A stretch of DNA of 62,118 nucleotides. Origin: an uncultured Gammaproteobacteria bacterium. Its GTDB lineage: Bacteria > Patescibacteriota > Patescibacteriia > UBA1558 > S5-K13. Below the pieces are notes generated by a model that saw only the letters and a list, made by a program, of their open reading frames with translations, was not told the DNA's origin and did not search any database. The translations under genes and the position numbers were made by a program. Within the stretch, counting starts at the first letter, position 1; every line of letters begins with the position of its first letter. Below, piece by piece: positions 10,707 to 17,646 of the stretch. Where the stretch lies: the NCBI GenBank assembly GCA_964640635.1, contig CAZXFD010000005.1, positions 1 to 62,118 on the forward strand, in the 5' to 3' direction.

Positions 10707-11087
10707 ATGGGTTACAAAAAAATTAAAATTTTGATAGCAGAGGATGATCCGTTTTTGTCACAGATGTATAGCGAAAAATTGGAAATGGAGGGCTATGACG
10801 TCACTCTTTCAACAGATGGTGAGTCAGCACTTGATAAAATGAAACTTGTAAAACCAGATATTGTATTACTTGATTTGCTAATGCCAAAAAAAGATGGTTT
10901 TGAAGTTCTTTCAGAAAAATCTACAGACATAGATATCAAGGATATACCAGTTATAGTTCTTACAAATCTTTCTCAGAATGAGCAGATAAAAAAATGTTAT
11001 GATTTGGGCGCAAAAGATTTTTTAATAAAAGCTTATTTTGTGCCAGCTGAAGTAATTCAGAAAATAAAGGATGTGCTAAATAAGTAA
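10707..11087 (+). CDS. Stand-alone response-regulator receiver (CheY-like)
   Basis: IAEDD, VLLDLLMP phospho-Asp, conserved T and K. Confidence 0.9.
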   Translation: MGYKKIKILIAEDDPFLSQMYSEKLEMEGYDVTLSTDGESALDKMKLVKPDIVLLDLLMPKKDGFEVLSEKSTDIDIKDIPVIVLTNLSQNEQIKKCYDLGAKDFLIKAYFVPAEVIQKIKDVLNK

Positions 11088-11162
11088 GAAGTATAAAGGA
11101 CGAGGTCCAAAGTCTAAATAAAATTAAAAATACGATTTTATCTTATATTTTGTATTTATTAT

Positions 11163-11236
11163 TTCAAACCTTATCCTTAATAACTTAACACTCCTTGCAC
11201 TTCATACTTCAAACCTTATCCTTAATAACTTAACAC
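11163..11236 (+). repeat. Perfect 29-bp direct repeat, 2 copies
   Basis: TTCAAACCTTATCCTTAATAACTTAACAC at 11163-11191 and 11208-11236. Confidence 0.9.
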
Positions 11237-11237
11237 C

Positions 11238-12290
11238 GTGCCAGCAATAGAACAATTACAATTAAATGAACTCATAAATCAAGCCATAAAAGAGCAAGTA
11301 AGCTCTATTTATTTCAATATAAGTAATTATCCTACTGTAGAAATTTTTGGTTCGCTCAAGTCTTTAAAAGACAAGCCAATTCTTACAAAAGAATTTTTGG
11401 AAACAATAGCTTCTAATTTTTTGTCAGATAATCAAAGAAGAATGTTGGATGAAAAAAAAGAGCTAAAAGTTGCTTATGATTGGTCTGCAAAAGTAAGATT
11501 GATTATGAATTTTTTTTATCAAAAACAGTCTCTTTCTATTTCTATAAAAATAGTCCCAACCCAACTAATGGATATTAATGATTTTGAGATTTCATCTATT
11601 ATGCAACAAGCAGTAGGTATGAATTCTGGCCTTGTAATAATTTGTGGGCCAGCATCATCAGGACGTAGTATGACTGTTTTATCGATGATAGATTATATAA
11701 ACAAAAATCAAGAAAAAAGAATAGCCACAATAGAAGAGCCAATTGAATATCAGTTTGTAAATAATTTGTCTATAATAAATCAAAGAGAAGTGGGTCTTGA
11801 TGTTGAATCTTTTGAAGAAGGACTCAAAAATGTCATTGATGAGAGTGTCGATGTAGTATATGTTTCTAAAATTCAGTCAAAAGAAGAAATAAATCTTGTA
11901 TTACAGGTTGCCTCTTCTGGTAAGCTAGTTTTTGTGATTATAGATAGTGAGTCAATAATAGAGCTTTTGGATAAAATTTTTGGAAGTTTTGATTTGTCAG
12001 AAAAAGAATGGGCAAAAAGCCTTGTAACAGAGTCTTTAAAAATTATTATAAATCAAAGAATGTTTCAAAAGGTGGGGGGCGGTCAAATAGTAACAGCAGA
12101 AGTTCTTACAATGACTCAATCAAGTAAGCCAATAGTAAAGTCATTTAAATTTGATCAGCTTAAATCAATAATGCAAACATCTAGAAGAGAAGGAATGCAA
12201 GATCTAGATGGAGTTATTAGAGATCTTTTGCAACGCGGGGTAATTAGATCAGAGGAAGCAAAAAAATATTTATCATCATTAAGTATATAA
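11238..12290 (+). CDS. pilT: PilT-family protein with degenerate catalytic motifs
   Basis: PilT-like layout (EPIEY, INQREVG, SIMQTSRREGMQ) but Walker A GPASSGRS, Walker B VYVSK, His box lost. Confidence 0.8.
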   Translation: MPAIEQLQLNELINQAIKEQVSSIYFNISNYPTVEIFGSLKSLKDKPILTKEFLETIASNFLSDNQRRMLDEKKELKVAYDWSAKVRLIMNFFYQKQSLSISIKIVPTQLMDINDFEISSIMQQAVGMNSGLVIICGPASSGRSMTVLSMIDYINKNQEKRIATIEEPIEYQFVNNLSIINQREVGLDVESFEEGLKNVIDESVDVVYVSKIQSKEEINLVLQVASSGKLVFVIIDSESIIELLDKIFGSFDLSEKEWAKSLVTESLKIIINQRMFQKVGGGQIVTAEVLTMTQSSKPIVKSFKFDQLKSIMQTSRREGMQDLDGVIRDLLQRGVIRSEEAKKYLSSLSI

Positions 12291-12291
12291 A

Positions 12292-13503
12292 ATGTCAGTT
12301 TTTTCATACAAAGCATTAAATGAAAATGGTCAGAGTATATCTGGTTTTGTTGACGCACCATCTGTTGATATTGCAGAAGGGGCACTCCTTGAAAGAGGAT
12401 TCAAAATTATAGATATTCAAGAAGAATCAAGTAATGAATTTTCTTTGGTAAAGCTTTTGCCATTTTTAAATAAAATAGGAAAGAAAGACTTAGTTATTTT
12501 TTCAAGACAGTTGTCTGTGATGATTTCAGCTACTGTGCCTATTATTCAAGCGCTTCGCGCAATATCCAAGCAAACTAAGAAGCTTCCACTACAGAAAGTA
12601 ATAGATGAAATTGCTGATGATGTAGATGGTGGTATGAAGTTGTCTGACGCATTTGATAAACACGATGCATTTGATAATGTTTTTGTAAATATGATAAGTG
12701 CTGGAGAAACATCGGGTAAGTTGGACGAAGTCTTAGAATACTTGGCGGATGAGATAGAAAAAAGCTATGACCTAGAGTCAAAAATAAAAGGTGCAATGAT
12801 TTACCCAGCTTTTATAGTGGGCGGACTTATTGTAGTCGGTGTTGCTATGATGGTGTTTGTTTTGCCAAATATGGTAGGAATGCTTGAGGAGTCAGGACAG
12901 ACACTCCCACTCCCTACAAGAATTTTGATATTTATAAGTGGCGCTTTAAGAAATTATTATTATTTGGTTCTTTTGTTTTTGTTTGGAGTCGTAGGAGGTT
13001 CTTATGTATTTGTCAAAAAGACAGTTGTTGGGGCAAATATTTTCAACACTGTAAAGCTCAAGTTCCCAGTATTTGGAAAGTTGTGGCAATATATTTATGT
13101 CGTTAGATTTTCAGGAACTCTATCAAGTCTTCTTGCAGCAGGTGTTTCTCTTACGGGTGCTCTTAGAATTTCGGGAGAAGTTGTCGGAAATGTAAAATAC
13201 AAAGAAGTTATTACAGGAACCATTGCAAAGGTAGAGGATGGTTATTCTATGGCGGATACACTTGCAAAATCAGAAATTTTTCCATCAATGGTAATTCAGA
13301 TGATAAGAGTGGGAGAAAAAACTGGTAAAATGAATTTGGTTTTAGATAAATTATCTAGTTTCTATGCAAGAGAGGTCAAAAATATTGTTTCAAATCTTTC
13401 TTCACTTCTTGAGCCAATAATTATGGTGGTCATTGGTATTGCTGTTGCTGGAATGGTAGCTGCTGTGCTTATGCCTATGTATAATATGGCGAATGCGTTT
13501 TAG
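12292..13503 (+). CDS. pilC: Type IV pilus platform protein PilC (GspF family)
   Basis: FSRQLSVM, AGETSGKLD, YPAF, GEKTGKM, LLEPII motifs. Confidence 0.95.
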   Translation: MSVFSYKALNENGQSISGFVDAPSVDIAEGALLERGFKIIDIQEESSNEFSLVKLLPFLNKIGKKDLVIFSRQLSVMISATVPIIQALRAISKQTKKLPLQKVIDEIADDVDGGMKLSDAFDKHDAFDNVFVNMISAGETSGKLDEVLEYLADEIEKSYDLESKIKGAMIYPAFIVGGLIVVGVAMMVFVLPNMVGMLEESGQTLPLPTRILIFISGALRNYYYLVLLFLFGVVGGSYVFVKKTVVGANIFNTVKLKFPVFGKLWQYIYVVRFSGTLSSLLAAGVSLTGALRISGEVVGNVKYKEVITGTIAKVEDGYSMADTLAKSEIFPSMVIQMIRVGEKTGKMNLVLDKLSSFYAREVKNIVSNLSSLLEPIIMVVIGIAVAGMVAAVLMPMYNMANAF

Positions 13504-13555
13504 TAAAAAGGCGAAGAGCGAAAGATAAAAGTTAAAAAGGCATAATTTTAAATTT

Positions 13556-14074
13556 ATGAACAAAAACAAAAAAGGTTTTACGATTATTGAACTTCTGGTT
13601 GTAATTGCAATTATTGGATTGCTATCGACCCTTGCTCTTAACTCTCTTGATAATGCAAGAAAGAACGCAAGAGATACAAAGAGAGTATCAGATTTAAAAA
13701 CTATTCAAAAAGCTCTTGAAATGTATGCAAATGCGCATGATGGTCATTTGCCTACAGGACCAGTAATCAACTTTAGTAGCCAGTTGGCAGAATATTTACC
13801 AGAAGGTTTACCACACAATCCTTTTTATGGAGTTATTAGATATTATTGGATATGCACAATTGGCACCAAATATATTTTATATGCAGATATGGAAAAAAAT
13901 ATTTATACACAAGCCTCTAAACCGGTTAATGATGATTTTAATTCTATTTCGGGATGTTATTATTTTCGTTATACCAGTCCAACTGCAAAGTCTAATGGGC
14001 TTTATACTTTTTCTCGCGCAATAAACTGTAGTCTTGATAATACGTATTGTTTTTCAGGAACTTTTACACCCTAG
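13556..14074 (+). CDS. Type IV pilin 1
   Basis: KKG|FTIIELLVVIAIIG class III signal peptide, ARDxKRxSD helix. Confidence 0.93.
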   Translation: MNKNKKGFTIIELLVVIAIIGLLSTLALNSLDNARKNARDTKRVSDLKTIQKALEMYANAHDGHLPTGPVINFSSQLAEYLPEGLPHNPFYGVIRYYWICTIGTKYILYADMEKNIYTQASKPVNDDFNSISGCYYFRYTSPTAKSNGLYTFSRAINCSLDNTYCFSGTFTP

Positions 14075-14204
14075 GAATTATTGTATTTGTCGTGTTTTGA
14101 AATTTGTGTTATATAATTTTTTCATCTCTTTATTATCGAAGATGGGGTGGGAGGTATAAAGGTGAAAGTTTCTTGTATTTCTCCTTCCGCCTAATTTTAA
14201 TTTA

Positions 14205-14213
14205 TGCTATAAT
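14205..14213 (+). promoter_or_regulatory. Extended -10 promoter upstream of pilin 2
   Basis: TG-C-TATAAT. Confidence 0.5.
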
Positions 14214-14349
14214 ATTTATATAAATAATGTTGATAAAAAAAGACTTTTGGGTTTGTCAAAGGTCAAATTAAAATAATTAAAATAAATAAGGTTATGAGTT
14301 CTACTGGGATTTACCTAGACTAGAGACATAACTAAGAAAGCTAAATAAA

Positions 14350-14805
14350 ATGAAGAAAAAAGGTTTTACTCTGATTGAGCTCTTGGTTGTAATCGCAATC
14401 ATTGGGCTACTATCAACACTTGCTGTAGTTTCTCTTGGAACTGCAAGAGGAAAAGCAAGAGATGCAAAAAGAATTTCTGATGTAAAAGCAATTCAAACCG
14501 CTATTGAAATGGCAAAAAATGATAATAATGGCAACATTGTTTTGACCAATATAGCAGCTTATATACAGGGTGGAATGCCTACTAGTAGTTTGGGATTTTA
14601 TATTTGTACTACAACAGATAAATATTTAATTGGGGCTAAGTTAGAAGATACTGGTGGAACTGGATCAATAACAACAAAGCCAACGTGGTTAGGTACTAAT
14701 GCTATGTGTGTTAAAACAGAAGCATTAACTGCAACACCTGTAGCATTACCAGCAACACATGAATGTACACTAGCAAGTAAAAGTTTTTGTACTGGCGATA
14801 ATTAA
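14350..14805 (+). CDS. Type IV pilin 2 (candidate major pilin)
   Basis: KKKG|FTLIELLVVIAIIG; has its own upstream promoter-like region. Confidence 0.93.
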   Translation: MKKKGFTLIELLVVIAIIGLLSTLAVVSLGTARGKARDAKRISDVKAIQTAIEMAKNDNNGNIVLTNIAAYIQGGMPTSSLGFYICTTTDKYLIGAKLEDTGGTGSITTKPTWLGTNAMCVKTEALTATPVALPATHECTLASKSFCTGDN

Positions 14806-14880
14806 AATTTTTTTATGTAATTTAAATGCTAAAACTAAAAATTTTAAATTTATAGTTTAGCATAAAAAGGATTTAATAAT

Positions 14881-15357
14881 ATGAAGAAAAAAGGTTTTAC
14901 ACTGATCGAGCTCTTGGTTGTAATTGCGATCATTGGGCTACTATCAACACTTGCTGTAGTTTCCCTTGGATCTGCAAGACAAAAGGCGGCTGATGCAAAG
15001 AGAATTTCTGATTTAAAAGCAATTCAAACAGCAATGGAGATGGTCAAAAACAATGCTGATCCAGAACTAGCAACAAATAGCACTACAACGCTTGGAGGAT
15101 ATATTCAGGGTGGTTTTCCAAAGCCAGTAAGCGATAGTTTCCTTTATTATATTTGTGCAAATGGATCAAGTTCTTTAATGGCCGCAACACTGCAAGCTAC
15201 CGGAGCTAATACAGCATCACCTATTTCAGGATCACCAACTACATATACAGCTGCTACACATTGTGTATCTGTTAATAGTAATTGGGTTAGAACTCCTCTA
15301 ACAGATTTTACGAATTTAAATTGTGGTACAAATGCATATTGTATTGGTGTTAAATAA
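14881..15357 (+). CDS. Type IV pilin 3
   Basis: KKKG|FTLIELLVVIAIIG; first 30 aa identical to pilin 2. Confidence 0.93.
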   Translation: MKKKGFTLIELLVVIAIIGLLSTLAVVSLGSARQKAADAKRISDLKAIQTAMEMVKNNADPELATNSTTTLGGYIQGGFPKPVSDSFLYYICANGSSSLMAATLQATGANTASPISGSPTTYTAATHCVSVNSNWVRTPLTDFTNLNCGTNAYCIGVK

Positions 15358-15374
15358 GAAGTAGTAGTTTTTTC

Positions 15375-15406
15375 AAACCCCGTTCATTTATAATGGCGGG
15401 GTTTTT
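15375..15406 (+). terminator. Intrinsic terminator after pilin 3
   Basis: AAACCCCGTT...GGCGGGGTTT stem followed by T-run. Confidence 0.75.
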
Positions 15407-15428
15407 AGTTTGTTGAAATTAGAAAAAC

Positions 15429-15466
15429 CCAACCCTGGGTTAGTCTATCGACTAACCCAGGGTTGG
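15429..15466. repeat. Perfect 17-bp inverted repeat
   Basis: CCAACCCTGGGTTAGTC-TATC-GACTAACCCAGGGTTGG. Confidence 0.9.
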
Positions 15467-15525
15467 TGTGATTAAATACTTTATGTAAATATGATATAAT
15501 AATTACATAAATATTTTTATATCGC

Positions 15526-16056
15526 ATGAATAATTGTAAAAATAAAAATTTCAAGAAAAAAGCCTTTACTCTTATTGAGCTTTTGGTTGTAATTGCTATT
15601 ATTGCACTTTTATCAACGCTCGTTTTAAATGCTTTTAGTAGTACAAGGTCAAAGGCGAGAGATGCGAAAAGAAGATCTGATTTAGTAGCCATTCAAAAAG
15701 CTATGGAGATGTATAAAGATAGTAATTCTAAACAAGAGGCAACAAATGATATTAATTTATTGAGTATATATATTCAAGGCGGATTTCCAAAACCAACAAG
15801 CGACAAATTTTATTATGTTTGTAAGGGTATTAACTGGGTTGGGAATAGAGATCTGACAAAATATTTAGTTGGTGTTGAATTAGAAAATGATCAAATTTCT
15901 CCAGATCAACTTTCTTCACCGCCATCGGGGAATACCCTTAATTCTTATAGCGCTACGGGATGTATATCTATTAATAATAATTTAGCTACAACTACTGTGA
16001 CTCAAGCAAGTGTTCCTTGTTTTGAATCTAATGTATATTGCGTTGGTAATAAATAG
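15526..16056 (+). CDS. Type IV pilin 4
   Basis: KKKA|FTLIELLVVIAIIA; YIQGGFPKP shared with pilin 3. Confidence 0.92.
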   Translation: MNNCKNKNFKKKAFTLIELLVVIAIIALLSTLVLNAFSSTRSKARDAKRRSDLVAIQKAMEMYKDSNSKQEATNDINLLSIYIQGGFPKPTSDKFYYVCKGINWVGNRDLTKYLVGVELENDQISPDQLSSPPSGNTLNSYSATGCISINNNLATTTVTQASVPCFESNVYCVGNK

Positions 16057-16176
16057 TATTATAAACCTAAATTTATATTAGATATTTAAAATATTCTATA
16101 AATTAGGATATTTTTTTATTTGATATTTTAGATTATTAGATTTTGATTTTGAGAAAATAAATAGGTGTGCATTTTC

Positions 16177-16205
16177 CTAGAGACGTAGCATTGCTACGTC
16201 TCTAC
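16177..16205 (-). repeat. GTAG-type REP-like palindrome
   Basis: Minus strand GTAG-AGACGTAGC-AAT-GCTACGTCT-CTAG. Confidence 0.75.
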
Positions 16206-16385
16206 GTTGTTTATATTGGACAGACAATATTATATGAACATGATTTAGTATTATAATGGATGCAATGTTAACAAAACGGAAATGCATAAAATAAAAACCC
16301 AGTATTGTGACTGAGATAGGGCGGTATTAAAACTAGTATCTAGTTTTTGTAATTTGAAATTTGTAATTTCGCACAAAGTGCGATT

Positions 16386-16460
16386 TGGTACCCTCGCCAG
16401 GAATCGAACCTGGATCCTATGCTCCGCAAGCACATATTCTATCCGTTGAACTACGAGGGC
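16386..16460 (-). tRNA. tRNA-Arg(GCG)
   Basis: GCCCTCG/CGAGGGT acceptor, TGTGC-TTGCGGA-GCATA anticodon arm, GGTTCGATTCC T-arm, encoded CCA. Confidence 0.95.
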
Positions 16461-16541
16461 GAATACTTATTTATACTACTAGATATTTGTATTTTTGACA
16501 ATATAAAAAGGGCTTATACAGCCCCATTAGGAAATAGTATA

Positions 16542-17030
16542 TTATATCTTTAAAATTTTCGATAAATAATCTGACAATGGTTCGTCATCTTTTTCTACAT
16601 CTTCGCTTAGGAAATTCATAAGTATATCTCTCACCTTGATGGGGTTTTGTTCTTTTAGGGGGATGTTGAGTCTTGGAGCAATTCTTGTTTTCATTTGAAT
16701 ATATAGATTGGATGTTATTGGTGGCTCGTATATGATAAAGAAACTAGAAATATCTTTGTATTTATAAAACTTTTCTCCAATCTCTATTCCCGCTTCCATA
16801 ATTTTGATATTTAGCTCAAGAGGATCTCTTCTTTCTTGAAGAATAAGTATTACGATAGTCATCACTATTATTACTGCGAATAAAAAATTGGAATTCATAA
16901 TTGCAATAATGATAAAGGCTATTGATGTTATAAGCATTATTACATACCACAAAAGAGATCTTTCCGGTTTTTCAAATTCCGGAAAATGCCAATCTATAAG
17001 TACGTTTCCTTTGTCTATTAATTCTTCCAT
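16542..17030 (-). CDS. Conserved hypothetical membrane protein (2 TM plus soluble domain)
   Basis: Start reassigned to ATG at 17030 because the longer ORF overlaps tRNA-Ser; WHFPEFEKPERS..WY motif then TM hairpin. Confidence 0.7.
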   Translation of the reverse strand: MEELIDKGNVLIDWHFPEFEKPERSLLWYVIMLITSIAFIIIAIMNSNFLFAVIIVMTIVILILQERRDPLELNIKIMEAGIEIGEKFYKYKDISSFFIIYEPPITSNLYIQMKTRIAPRLNIPLKEQNPIKVRDILMNFLSEDVEKDDEPLSDYLSKILKI

Positions 17031-17126
17031 ATTTTTTATTATACAATAATTATACATTTTTATGTAAAGATTGACAATGACATTTTTTTTAGGTAAAATT
17101 TTTATACCCTTGTAAAATATGGGTTT

Positions 17127-17216
<90 letters not shown>

Positions 17217-17587
17217 CACTAAGAATATTCACTTAAAAATGAATATTTTTTATTTATTATGAAAAAATATCAAACAATTTTGGGAGCGACGCAACTGCTT
17301 GCGTCGCGTAGGGATGAGAACGTCGGAGCGATGTCGAGCTAACAAGCGAGACCGCGAGACGGTGCCTAGACTAATCTGAGCGACGGCGAGGATTAAGTCG
17401 AAGGAGAATCCCCGCCTACCGGCAGGCAGGCCTCCCTCTCCGCCATTCGATTCGTCCTCATTTCATTCGGACTCACTCATGGTCTTCGACCACTCTCGAT
17501 TAAATAGCACGTTAATCGAATGTCCCGAGCGAAGTCGAGGGACAACATCCATAAGAATATTCACTTAAAAATGAATATTTTTTATTT
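17217..17587 (+). mobile_element. Non-coding tRNA-anchored element with duplicated tRNA 3' end and duplicated terminator
   Basis: CCTCCCTCTCCGCCA repeated at 17431-17445; 36-bp terminator at 17220-17255 and 17552-17587; GC-rich palindromic interior. Confidence 0.65.
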
Positions 17588-17646
17588 TTCAAACAAGATA
17601 AACTTATGTTATAATAATATTAATATTAATCAATATTCACGTTTTT

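Noticed and set aside
11163-11236. CRISPR array
   Set aside because: Only two 29-bp repeats with a 16-bp spacer, non-palindromic, no cas genes. The 61403 repeats have no spacers.
14144-14162. Neisseria-type G-quadruplex for pilin antigenic variation
   Set aside because: Only two tracts of 3 or more G, and the G-run is explained by Watson-Crick pairing with 14183-14192.
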